Assembly (NCBI GenBank): GCA_963836075.1
Contig: CAWIIB010000009.1
Coordinates: 2,176,001 to 2,240,000, forward strand
Reading direction: 5' to 3'
Length of the DNA: 64,000 bases
Origin: an uncultured Acidobacteriota bacterium
Lineage (GTDB): Bacteria; Acidobacteriota; JAQAZP01
Positions 9,760-21,453 of the stretch are shown in pieces. Positions within the stretch are counted from its first letter, which is position 1, and each line of letters opens with the position of its first letter. The notes beneath the pieces are model-generated. The model made no database searches. It was given only the letters and a program-made list of their open reading frames with translations, and was not told the DNA's origin. Made by a program: the position numbers and the translations under genes.

Positions 9760-12500
9760 GCGCCCGGGAGGCCGGCGAAGGCGGTCCGCGGCTCTTCCTG
9801 GTGGACGGTACCGCCGTGGCCTACCGTTCGTACTTCGCCTTCATCCGCAACCCGCTGGTCAACAGCAGGGGCGAGAACACCAGCGCGGTGTACGGCTTCC
9901 TGCTGTCGATGCTCGCCCTGATGGAGGAGCACCAGCCGGACTACCTGGCCGTGGTCTTCGACCCGCCACCGCCCACCTTCCGCCACCAGATGTTCCCCGA
10001 CTACAAGGCCACCCGGGAACGGATGCCCGACGACATGCGCAGCCAGCTGCCGCTGATCAACGAGCTGCTGGACGCCATGGGCGTCAGGCGCCTGATGGTC
10101 CGGGGCTTCGAGGCGGATGATGTCATCGGTACGCTGGCCGGCCAGGCCGCCGGCCGGGGCGGGATGGAGGTCTTCCTGGTCACCGGCGACAAGGATTTCA
10201 TGCAGCTGGTGGAACCCGGGGTGAGCATGCTCACTTTTGCCCGGCCCGGTGAGGACGCCGAGATCATCGATGCCGGCCGGGTGCAGGAGAAGATGGGTGT
10301 GCCTCCCGAGCGGGTGGTGGACTTCCTCGGTCTGGCCGGGGACAGCTCGGACAACGTGCCCGGCGTTCCCGGTGTGGGGCCCAAGACGGCACTGAAACTG
10401 CTGGCCGAGTACGGCACCATCGAGGGAATCCTGGCCGCCACCGGCTCGATGAAGAAAGGCAAGCTGAGGGAGCGGCTGGAGGAACATGCCGACCAGGCCC
10501 GCCTGTCCCGCCGGCTGGTCACCATCCGGCGGGACGTGCCGCTGGAGGGGGTCGGCCCGGAGGATCTGGCGCCGGCCGGCCCCGACGAGGGGAAGGTGCG
10601 CACGATCCTCACCCGGCTGGAGTTCAGCAGCATGATCGACCGGGTGATCCCGCGGACCGAAGAGGCCGGGGGGGACGGGGCGGAGAGGGACTACCGCTGT
10701 GTCCACACCGCCGGGGCCTTCCACGATTTACTGACCCTCTTCGATGGCTGCAGGGAGTTCGCGGTGGATCTGGAGACCACCAGCCTCGAGCCGATGTCCG
10801 CCGACATCGTCGGCCTCTCCTTCGCCTTCCGCGAGAACGAGGCCTTCTATCTCCCGCTGAACCTCACCCCGGAGGAGAGCGACCTGCCGCACCCGGACGC
10901 GCTGCTGGCCGCCCTCAAACCGCACCTGGAGAATCCGGCCATCGGCAAGGTGGGGCAGAACATCAAATACGACATGCTGGTGCTGGCCCGTCACGGCGTG
11001 GCGCTGCAGGGCCTGACCTTCGACACCATGATCGCCTCCTACCTGGTCAATCCCGGGCGGCGTTCCCACGGCCTCGACGTGCTCAGCCTGGAATTCCTGG
11101 GGCACCGCAACATCCCGATCAGCGAACTGATCGGCAAGGGCAAGAAGCAGATCAGCTTCGCCGAGGTGCCCATACCCCAGGCCGCGGAGTATGCCGCCGA
11201 GGATGCCGACATGACCCTGCGCCTCAAGACTGTTTTCGAGCCGCTGCTGGACGAGGGCGGGTTCGGCGAGCTGTTCCATGGCATGGAAATGCCGCTGGTG
11301 CCGGTCCTCGCGGCCATGGAGCGGGAGGGGGTGGCGGTGGACGAAGCGGCGCTGGGCGCGCTCTCGGAACAGATGACCACCAGCCTGGCCGGCCTGGAAC
11401 AGGAGATCCACGACCTGGCCGGCGAGGAGTTCAACATCAACTCACCCAAGCAGCTGGCCGTGATCCTCTTCGAGAAACTCAAGGTCCAGGAGGAACTGGG
11501 GATCAAGCGGATCAAGAAGACCAAGAGCGGCTTCTCCACCGACGTCACCGTGCTGCAGCAGCTCTCGGCCCACTTGCTGCCGCGGAAGCTGCTGGAGTTC
11601 CGCCACCTGGCAAAGCTGAAGAACACCTATGTCGATGTTCTGCCCACCCTGGTCAACAAAGAGACCGGCCGGATCCACACCTCGTTCAACCAGGCCGTGG
11701 CCGCCACCGGAAGGCTTTCCTCGAGCAACCCCAACCTGCAGAACATCCCGGTGCGCACCGGCACCGGCCGGGAGATCCGCAAAGCCTTCGTCCCCCGGCA
11801 ACAGGGGTGGAAGCTGCTTTCCGCCGACTACTCCCAGGTGGAGTTGCGCGTCCTGGCCCACCTCTCCCAGGACCAGGGGCTGCTCTCGGCCTTTGCCGAC
11901 GGTGACGACGTTCACGTGCGCACCGCGGCGGCGATGTTCGGCGTGGCGCCCGACGCGGTGACCCCGGGCCAGCGGGGCCAGGCCAAGACGATCAACTTCG
12001 GCGTGATCTACGGCATGGGGCCGGTGCGGCTCTCCCGCGAGTTCGGGGTGAGCATGGCCGAGGCCCGCTCCTTCATCGACGATTACTTCGCCACCTACCC
12101 CGGTGTCCGCGCCTGGCTCGACAGCAGCCTGGAGACGGCACAGGAAACCCTGGAGGTGTCCACCCTCTTCGGCCGCCGCCGCCCCCTGCCGGAGATCGAT
12201 TCCGGCGACCCGCGGGTCAGGGCCGCGGCGGAGAACATGGCGGTGAACACGCCGATCCAGGGCACCGCCGCCGACATCATCAAGCGGGCGATGCTGGCCG
12301 TGGCCGGTGAGCTGGCGTCAGGGGACCTGAAGTCGAAAATGATCATGCAGGTCCACGACGAGCTGGTTTTCGACGTCCACCCCGACGAGGTGGAGCTGCT
12401 CCGGAAGCTGGTCCCGAAGTGCATGTCCGGTGCGGCGGATCTCTCCGTGCCGCTGGTGGTGGATCTGGGGGTGGGTGACAACTGGCTGGAGGCTCACTGA
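9756..12500 (+). CDS. polA: DNA polymerase I
   Basis: LFLVDG, EADDVIGT, DNVPGVPGVGPKTA, DLETTSL, TGRLSSSNPNLQNIP, ADYSQVELR, KTINFGVIYG, QVHDEL. Confidence 0.98.
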   Translation: MSAREAGEGGPRLFLVDGTAVAYRSYFAFIRNPLVNSRGENTSAVYGFLLSMLALMEEHQPDYLAVVFDPPPPTFRHQMFPDYKATRERMPDDMRSQLPLINELLDAMGVRRLMVRGFEADDVIGTLAGQAAGRGGMEVFLVTGDKDFMQLVEPGVSMLTFARPGEDAEIIDAGRVQEKMGVPPERVVDFLGLAGDSSDNVPGVPGVGPKTALKLLAEYGTIEGILAATGSMKKGKLRERLEEHADQARLSRRLVTIRRDVPLEGVGPEDLAPAGPDEGKVRTILTRLEFSSMIDRVIPRTEEAGGDGAERDYRCVHTAGAFHDLLTLFDGCREFAVDLETTSLEPMSADIVGLSFAFRENEAFYLPLNLTPEESDLPHPDALLAALKPHLENPAIGKVGQNIKYDMLVLARHGVALQGLTFDTMIASYLVNPGRRSHGLDVLSLEFLGHRNIPISELIGKGKKQISFAEVPIPQAAEYAAEDADMTLRLKTVFEPLLDEGGFGELFHGMEMPLVPVLAAMEREGVAVDEAALGALSEQMTTSLAGLEQEIHDLAGEEFNINSPKQLAVILFEKLKVQEELGIKRIKKTKSGFSTDVTVLQQLSAHLLPRKLLEFRHLAKLKNTYVDVLPTLVNKETGRIHTSFNQAVAATGRLSSSNPNLQNIPVRTGTGREIRKAFVPRQQGWKLLSADYSQVELRVLAHLSQDQGLLSAFADGDDVHVRTAAAMFGVAPDAVTPGQRGQAKTINFGVIYGMGPVRLSREFGVSMAEARSFIDDYFATYPGVRAWLDSSLETAQETLEVSTLFGRRRPLPEIDSGDPRVRAAAENMAVNTPIQGTAADIIKRAMLAVAGELASGDLKSKMIMQVHDELVFDVHPDEVELLRKLVPKCMSGAADLSVPLVVDLGVGDNWLEAH

Positions 12501-12865
12501 TGATACACGCTGTTTTCGCCGCCCTGTCCGCTCTGGTGGCCGTCGCTCTGGGCGCCTTTGGCGCCCACGTGTTGAAGGACCGCCTGACGGCCGACCTGCT
12601 GGCGATCTTCGAGACGGGTGTTCGCTACCAGTTCTACCACGCCTTCGGCCTGCTGGCGGCGGCCTGGGCCATCCATATTGGCGGCCAGGGCCTGGCCCGT
12701 GGCGCCGGGTACTGTTTTGTTGCCGGCACCCTGCTCTTCTCGGGCAGCCTCTACATCCTGGCGCTCAGCGGTGTCCGCTGGCTGGGAGCTGTTACTCCGC
12801 TCGGCGGGGTGGCGTTTCTGGCGGGGTGGGGGATGCTGGCGCTGCAGTTCTGGCGGCTGCGCTGA
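12500..12865 (+). CDS. DUF423 (YgdD/TMEM256-like) membrane protein
   Basis: LGAFGAH, FETGVRYQFYH, LFSGSLY, GAVTPLGG. Confidence 0.92.
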   Translation: MIHAVFAALSALVAVALGAFGAHVLKDRLTADLLAIFETGVRYQFYHAFGLLAAAWAIHIGGQGLARGAGYCFVAGTLLFSGSLYILALSGVRWLGAVTPLGGVAFLAGWGMLALQFWRLR

Positions 12866-12963
12866 GGAGGACGATCCGGCGATCCCCGCGTCCGAGCTTT
12901 CATGGACAATATACGCACTGTGCTGGCAGCCGTAACGTGCCGCAATTCAGCGGAGGTTGGCCC

Positions 12964-15474
12964 ATGTGTCTGATGCTCTCCAGTTGCCGGATGTTCTGCA
13001 CCGCAGTGCTCTTTTTCGCCGGAATCCCCCTCTCCGCCGACACCATCCATGTCCCGGCGGACCAGCCCACCATCCAGGCCGGTATCGACGCGGCCGGGGA
13101 CGGCGATACCGTGCTGGTGGCTGACGGCACCTGGACCGGCGCGGGGAACCGGGAGATCGATTTCGGCGGCAAGGCGATCTCCGTCATTTCGGAGAATGGC
13201 CCGGCGGCCTGCATCGTCGACTGCGGCGACGGTGGCCCGGGTTTCATTTTTGCCAGCGGCGAGACCCTGGAGTCGGTGCTGGAGGGGTTCACCGTCCGCG
13301 ACGGGTATGGCAATCCCGGCGGCGGGGCCATCCAGTGCTTCTCCAGTTCCCCCACCATCCGCAACAACGTCATGGTGGAAAACGTGGGGTATTACGCCGG
13401 TGGTGCCATGCATGTGGACGGTTCCGCCGCGCTGATCGAGGACAATCTTTTTTCCGGCAATTCCCTCATCGCCGCCGGTGGGGGCGCCGGGGGCGGTGGG
13501 CTCTACATCACTGGCGATCCCGCGCCCACCGTGACCGGCAACAGTTTCGAGGACAACGGGCCCAGTACGGGATGGGGCGGGGCCCTTCGTGTAGTTGGGG
13601 CGGCCCCCCTGGTGGAGGGCAACCGGTTCACCGGGAACGAGGCGGAAATGGGTGCTGCAGCGGCCTGGAGCAACGGCTCCCAGGGCCTGGTGCGGCGGAA
13701 CAATTTCATTGGCAACAGCGCGAGCTGGGGCGGCGGTGCGGTGCTGGTGGATGGAACCTCTCCACTATTCGAGGAGAACATCTTTGCCTTCAACAGTGCC
13801 GTGAGCCGGGGTGGCGCCCTGGTGATTGATGACGGGTCCGCGGCCCTTGCCCGCAATACCTTTTCCGGCAACCAGGCTCTCTCCGGCGGCGCCATCCACC
13901 TCATCAGGTCATCGGTACAGATGCGCGGGGACCGTCTGCAGGACAATTCAACCTCTGGCCTGGGCGGCGGAATCCTGGCCTTCGAATCGGTGCTGCTGGT
14001 GGAGAATGCGCTGCTGGAGGGGAACCTGGCGCTGAACGGGGCAGGCCTGCGCAGCCAGGATTCGGAGGTGGAGATCCGTGGCTGCACCATGGACGGTAAC
14101 AGTGCCTCAGGGCCCGGCGGGGCCATCTTCGGTTCCGGCGGGTCACTGGTGGTGACCGGTTCCATCCTCTGGGAAAACCTGCCCGGCGAAGTGCTGGCCG
14201 AGAACGGGCTGGTCCCGGCGGTCAGCTGGTCCGATATCAGAGGCGGGTTTCCGGGGACCGGAAACATCGACGTTGACCCGCTGTTCGCCACCGGGCCCGG
14301 CGACGAACACTACCTGAGCCACGTGGCTGCGGGGCAGGACGTGGACAGTCCCTGTATCGATGCCGGCGTTCCGGCGGGCGCGGTGCCCCCGGGCACCACC
14401 AGGACCGACCAGATCCCCGATGTGGGGATCGCCGACATGGGATATCACTATCCCGCCGCTGGCGTGGCCCGGCCGTTTCTGGTCACCGGCCCGGGACCGT
14501 CCCCGGACAACCCGCCCCTGGTGCGGGTCTTCCCGCCGGCCCAGGGCGCCGAGCCGCTGTTCGAATTTTCCGCATACGGGGCCCGGGGTTTCGGTGTCAA
14601 CGTGGCGGCCGGCGACCTGGACGGTGACGGGGTGGACGAACTGGTCACCGGCGCCGGGCCGGGGGAGATCTACGGCCCGCACGTGCGGGGGTTCTCCGTG
14701 GAGGGGGCACCGATTCCGGGCCTCGATTTTCTCGCCTACGGCACCCCGCGCTGGGGGGTCAACGTGGCGGTGGGCAACCTCGACGGCCTGGGGGGGGACG
14801 AGATCGTCGCCGGTGCCGGGCCGGGCGCGGTGTTCGGGCCCCACGTGCGCGCCTTCTCCTGGGACGGCAGCGGCACGACGCCGCTGCCCGGGGTGAACTT
14901 CTTCGCCTACGGCACCCCGCGCCACGGGGTGAACGTGGCGGCCGGGGACCTGGACGGTGACGGCATGGACGAGATCGTCACCGGTGCCGGCCCCGGAGCC
15001 CTGTTCGGGCCCCACGTGCGGGGCTGGAACGTGGACGGCCATACGGCCGCACCCCTCCCCGGCGTATCGTTCTTTGCTTACGGAACGCTGCGCTATGGCG
15101 TTCGAGTATCGTGTGGTGACGTGGACGGCGACGGCCTGGACGAGATGGTCACCGCGCCGGGGCCGTCCCCGCTGTTCGGCGCCCATGTGCGCGGCTGGGA
15201 TACGGACGGCAGCACCGTGACGCCGCTGCCCGGCGTCTCCTTCTTCGCCTGGCCGCCGGGTGAAACACGATACGGGGCCAGCGTCTGGGCCCGGACCGAC
15301 CTCGACAGTGACGGCCGTGACGACCTGCTGCTGAGCCCCGGGCCGGACCCCGGAGTGGATTCGCCGGTCAGGGTCTTCACCTATGACGGCAGCGCTGTCT
15401 CGGAGTGGATCTCCCTGGAAGCCTGCCCCCCGGGCTGGACTCACGGAGCGAATGTGGCCGCCGGGGCTTTTTGA
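12964..15474 (+). CDS. Secreted right-handed beta-helix protein with C-terminal FG-GAP-like propeller module
   Basis: GGAGG RBS, signal peptide, TIHVPADQPTIQAGID, repeated FxxN/GGA motifs, SPCIDAG, then DxDGDG blades from ~14476. Confidence 0.85.
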   Translation: MCLMLSSCRMFCTAVLFFAGIPLSADTIHVPADQPTIQAGIDAAGDGDTVLVADGTWTGAGNREIDFGGKAISVISENGPAACIVDCGDGGPGFIFASGETLESVLEGFTVRDGYGNPGGGAIQCFSSSPTIRNNVMVENVGYYAGGAMHVDGSAALIEDNLFSGNSLIAAGGGAGGGGLYITGDPAPTVTGNSFEDNGPSTGWGGALRVVGAAPLVEGNRFTGNEAEMGAAAAWSNGSQGLVRRNNFIGNSASWGGGAVLVDGTSPLFEENIFAFNSAVSRGGALVIDDGSAALARNTFSGNQALSGGAIHLIRSSVQMRGDRLQDNSTSGLGGGILAFESVLLVENALLEGNLALNGAGLRSQDSEVEIRGCTMDGNSASGPGGAIFGSGGSLVVTGSILWENLPGEVLAENGLVPAVSWSDIRGGFPGTGNIDVDPLFATGPGDEHYLSHVAAGQDVDSPCIDAGVPAGAVPPGTTRTDQIPDVGIADMGYHYPAAGVARPFLVTGPGPSPDNPPLVRVFPPAQGAEPLFEFSAYGARGFGVNVAAGDLDGDGVDELVTGAGPGEIYGPHVRGFSVEGAPIPGLDFLAYGTPRWGVNVAVGNLDGLGGDEIVAGAGPGAVFGPHVRAFSWDGSGTTPLPGVNFFAYGTPRHGVNVAAGDLDGDGMDEIVTGAGPGALFGPHVRGWNVDGHTAAPLPGVSFFAYGTLRYGVRVSCGDVDGDGLDEMVTAPGPSPLFGAHVRGWDTDGSTVTPLPGVSFFAWPPGETRYGASVWARTDLDSDGRDDLLLSPGPDPGVDSPVRVFTYDGSAVSEWISLEACPPGWTHGANVAAGAF

Positions 15475-15499
15475 CGGACCGGGAGATGGCAGAGGCTTC

Positions 15500-17360
15500 C
15501 TACTGCACTCTGTAGACGACGAAGCGCTGATTCCGCTCCAACTCCTCCAGGTTCAGCCACTGCTCGAGAAACTGCAGCAGTGCCTGCTCCGCTTCCGGCT
15601 GGTAGTGCCCCCGGCTCACCGTGATCACCCCCACGCCAAACTCTTCCACCACCCGCTGCAGATCGGCCCCGGTCCGTGCGTCGTAGCCCGCCGTCCCCCC
15701 GGGATCGGTCAGCCGCATCAGCGAGGGGCGCCGGGTGAAGTATTCCACCCGGGCTTCGGTGAGCCGTGAAACGTGCCCGCCCACCTGGGGCAGGCCGTGG
15801 ATCGTCTGGTACCAGAGCTGCTCCGCGGTACTCCGTGCCGTGGCGGAAGTCGGCGCCGGAGATCCAGAGGGGCAGTTCCAGCACTGCCGAGCCGGCAAAG
15901 CGGCTGCGGAACTCCTCGCCGTGGTAGACGGCCGGCGGCTCGGGCAGCCGCTCCAGGGGAAGCGGGATACGCAGGTAGTCGAGGTAGACCAGCGCCGGCA
16001 GCAACTGAACCAGCAGGAGCGCCGCGGTCAGCGGGCGCTTCCCCGGCGTCCGGGACACACGGTCCCTGAAGTAGTCCAGCCAGCCGCGGCAGCTCAGGGC
16101 GCCGGCCAGGCCGATGCCGAGCATCATCGGCACGGCAAAGCGATAGACCCCCCGGACGGCGCCGAGCACCGGGACGGGGAAGAAGCGGTTGTAGAGGCCG
16201 GGGAAGGAGATACCGAAAATGGTGGGGTGTGGCCCCAGGGCCATCCAGGCGAAAAAGAGAGGCGGCGCCAGCCAGGCAAGGTAGTTCAGACCGCCACCGT
16301 AGCGCCGGGGCAGGAAGAACCCGGCCAGCAGGACCAGCCCGGCGGAGAAGCCGAAGATCGGTCCGAAACCGAGAAAACCGCCCAGCGAACGTTTCCACCG
16401 GCTGGCGGTTCCCCCATTTGCCGGTGGAGCCGGACGGCCGCCCTCGTCCCGCAACCAGGCCGACCAGGAGGCGGGGTGCCAGAACCGCTGGGTGGGGTGG
16501 GTGAGGAAGATCTGCTGCAGGCTGAGGGCCAGGCCTCGCGCCTCGCTGATCTCGAAACGGACCACCGCCCCCTCGCCCTGCTCCATGGCGCCCTTGATCA
16601 CCGGTGTGCCGAGGACGCCGAGCACCAGGAGCAGCAGACCCAGGCCGGCAAGATACTGCCGCCAGCGGTCCCGCAGACGGATTTCCGGCCACAGCGGTAT
16701 GAGAAGCAGTGCGCTCCAGTAGACGGTGAAGACCAGTTGCTGGTAGCCGGTGTAGAGGATCGCCGCCGCCCAGAGCCCGGCGGCCGCTCCGTCCAGCGGC
16801 CGGCCCCGCCGGAGCAGCCGGACGATGAAGAGCAGGTAGAGAGGTATCCACTGGTTGCTCACCAGGTTGAGGTGGCCCAGAAAGGTGCTGGTCCAGCGGG
16901 CGGGGCAAAAAGCGAAGATGACTCCGGCCAGCACGGCCGGCAGGCGGCTTGTGGCGCTGCCGAACAGTTCCCGGGCCAGCAGGTAGGTGAACCAGCCGGA
17001 GAGGGCGGTGGCGAGGATGGTCAGGGCGTTGAAGGAAAAGACCAGACCGCCCAGGGCCTGCAGCGGCAGGGAAAGCATCCCGCCCAGGGGGAAGAGCGTG
17101 TGGAAGACCAACCCGGCTCCCTGGGGGTGGAAGATGTGGGTGGTGTGGAACAGGTGGGCATCCGCCGAGGTCAGCGCCGTGCGCACCCACCAGAGGTCCC
17201 AGATGAAGATATACTTGTCCACCCGGCCCAGCAGCGTCCGGGAGACCATCTGCAGGGGGAGGGGGAAGAAGGCCGCCAGCGAGAGGATGAGGAAGAGGCA
17301 CGCCACTCCGGCTTCGGCTATGATCCACGGGCGGCCCCCGACTTGTGCTGTCTCTTTCAT
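15500..17360 (-). CDS. Multi-pass GT-C-type (YfhO-like) membrane glycosyltransferase; +1 frameshift near 15827
   Basis: IWDLWWV..HLFHT.HIFHPQG..LVFH, VIFAFCP, GHLNL, AVLELP; C-terminus LWYQTIHG..VGG.VSR continues in the next frame. Confidence 0.7.
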
Positions 17361-17388
17361 GCCGCACGGATTATGGCACAGCCCACCC

Positions 17389-17423
17389 TGCCATTGCGAG
17401 GAGCGCAGCGACGAAGCCCTCTC
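17389..17423 (+). repeat. Half copy of a CATTGCGAGGAGCGnAGCGACGAAGC-type palindromic (REP/RPE-like) element
   Basis: tgccattgcgaggagcgcagcgacgaagccctctc in a divergent intergenic region; recognised from memory of this widespread element type. Confidence 0.5.
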
Positions 17424-17437
17424 CCAGGCGGGGCTGA

Positions 17438-17466
17438 TTGACAGTCCCCGGCCCCGCTCCTACAAT
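17438..17466 (+). promoter_or_regulatory. sigma70-type promoter of the MsbA-like gene
   Basis: TTGACA-17 nt-TACAAT. Confidence 0.7.
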
Positions 17467-17492
17467 CTGCGGGACTCGAGTGCCGTCAACAG

Positions 17493-19397
<1,905 letters not shown>

Positions 19398-19415
19398 TTG
19401 CGGACGATTAGACGA

Positions 19416-20037
19416 TTACCAGATAAACGCCTTGCCGAAGAGCACGGCCAGACCGGCAAAAAAGAAGAGGTGCATGATCCACTCGCGGTTGGTGGTGAGC
19501 ATGGTGTTCAGCGAGAAGGTCTTGCCCGCCGATTTGGCGTAGGGGGAGAGCGAGGGGAAGAGCACCGGTACGCATCTTGTTGTACTCCACCCAGGCGTCA
19601 CCGTGGAAGACTTTGAGGCGGCGCCCTTCGCGGCGGGTTTTGCGCGGCATGTAGTAGGCGAAGAAGGTGGCGAAGGCCACGATCAGAATGATCCAGTTGA
19701 GTTTCCCGGGGAGTCTGGCGATGATCAGGAACCCGGTGACCATCAGGATTCTGCCGAGGTAGAGCGGGTTCTGGGTGTGGGCATACGGCCCCGACGTGAT
19801 CAGTTCGGTGGTCTTGATCAGGTGGCCGTGGGCCCAGGTGTGGAACCACTCGCCGGCCAGCACGAAGGGCAGGCCGAGGATGAAGAGCAGCGGGGTCGGG
19901 TCGGCCCACCAGAGCACGGCGATGGCCACCGCGAAGGAGGCCCCGATCCGGAGGTAGCCGAGCAGCGGGCTGCGGTCGCCATACAACGGGCGGTCCCCGT
20001 CGGAATCGGGTGTTTCGGGTGCCTTGTGTTCAACCAT
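19416..20037 (-). CDS. ICMT/PEMT-family membrane methyltransferase; +1 frameshift near 19575
   Basis: WAHGHL.K..ELITSGPYAHTQNPLYLG; the shifted frame gives VPVLFPSL..Y..FS....NREW. Confidence 0.75.
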
Positions 20038-20243
20038 ATCTCTGCTGTCCCCTTCGGAATGTGGGCATAAAACATGCCGGTGATCGCCCGGCCTCACATG
20101 CTACCCCTTTTAAATCAGTCTCACATATACAATAATCTGAACGGAATTTGAAGCCGTTCTGCCATTTCCACCGCTACTGATCACCCGCGAAGCCGCCTTC
20201 GCGGCCGGTGGCACAGCATCCCGGGGGCCAGGTGGACAGGGAA

Positions 20244-20954
20244 GTGAATCAGCCGGTTACGGACAAAGCCCTGGACGATGACGCCGGGGTCTGGCACGGC
20301 CTGGCCGGGAAGCGGGAGCGGCTGGACCGGCTGGATCGTGAGGTGCTGGTGCTCGGCCGCTGGTCCAAGGCCGATGTCTACCTGCTGGAGAGCGGCGGCA
20401 ACCGGGCGGTGTTCAAGGACTACAGCCGCAAGTCGCTGCTGGTGCGCTGGCTCGGTGCTTTCCAGCTGGCCCGGGAGGAGCGGGCCTACCGCAAGCTGGC
20501 CGGGCTGCCCGGCATCCCCGAAAGCTACGGTCAGCCGGATCGCTGGTCGATCCTGCTGGAGTTCATCGACAGCGAGCGGCTGAGCGCCCTGCACCACGAC
20601 GAGCAGTATGACATGGGCGCCCTGCTGGCCGAGTTGCAGGGAGTGATCGAGACCATGCATGCCGCCGGGTTCACCCACAACGACCTGCGCTGCCGGGAGA
20701 ACATCCTGGTCCGCAAGCGGGACCACCGGATATTCCTCATCGATTTCTCCGGGGTGCTCACCTTCCCCTCCGGCAGCCTGCGCCGCAAGCTCTTCTTCCG
20801 GCTGGCCCGCATGGTGGACCGGGGCGCCTGGCTGAAGTGGAAGTTTCTCCTGCTGCCCGAGGAGCTCACCGACGAGGAGCGAGAGCAGTTCCGGCGCAGC
20901 GAGCGGCTCCGGCGGCTCTGGTTCATCAACCGCCACAAGCCGAAACACATCTGA
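20244..20954 (+). CDS. Kdo/WaaP/RIO-like kinase
   Basis: AVFKDY, LAREERAY, HNDLRCRENILV, FLIDFS. Confidence 0.75.
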   Translation: MNQPVTDKALDDDAGVWHGLAGKRERLDRLDREVLVLGRWSKADVYLLESGGNRAVFKDYSRKSLLVRWLGAFQLAREERAYRKLAGLPGIPESYGQPDRWSILLEFIDSERLSALHHDEQYDMGALLAELQGVIETMHAAGFTHNDLRCRENILVRKRDHRIFLIDFSGVLTFPSGSLRRKLFFRLARMVDRGAWLKWKFLLLPEELTDEEREQFRRSERLRRLWFINRHKPKHI

Positions 20955-21374
20955 TCAGAGTTCGTCGGCCAGCCGGCGCACCGCTTCCCGGTCCGCTTCG
21001 GGCATACTGAAGCGGTGCAATTCGCTGCCCGTGACCCAGCGGATGCGGTAGCCGTCCGGCGGCGGCTCGTCCGCCGGCGCCGGACGGCACTCGAAGAGGT
21101 GCAGCGTGATGCCGAACCCCGGGTAGGCGTGATCCACCGAGATCAGCAGTCGGCCCACCCGGATGGCCAGTTCCAGCTCCTCGGCGATCTCCCGCTCCAG
21201 ACAGGCTTCGAGGCTTTCCCCGTCCTCCTGCTTGCCCCCGGGAAACTCCCAGAGCCCGCCATGGATCCCGCCGCTGGGCCGGCGGGCGATGAGGAACCGG
21301 CCGTCCTCGCGACGGATCATGGCCGCGGTGACCTGGAAATGCCGGTCGTTCTGATTGTGGCGGGGCGTTGGCAT
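20955..21374 (-). CDS. mutT: MutT-like NUDIX hydrolase
   Basis: GLWEFPGGKQEDGESLEACLEREIAEEL Nudix box, HAYP, PEAD. Confidence 0.85.
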   Translation of the reverse strand: MPTPRHNQNDRHFQVTAAMIRREDGRFLIARRPSGGIHGGLWEFPGGKQEDGESLEACLEREIAEELELAIRVGRLLISVDHAYPGFGITLHLFECRPAPADEPPPDGYRIRWVTGSELHRFSMPEADREAVRRLADEL

Positions 21375-21453
21375 TCGTGGTATTTTCTCCGGATCCATCT
21401 TATGGCCGGACCGCTGCCGGCTGCAAGCCGGGACCGACCGGCGGGGGACCAGC

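Noticed and set aside
12430-12963. Long N-terminal extensions in the ORF track (also 5564-5773, 43075-43419, 44666-44932)
   Set aside because: They overlap other genes or regulatory DNA; downstream starts have an RBS and fit the family N-termini.
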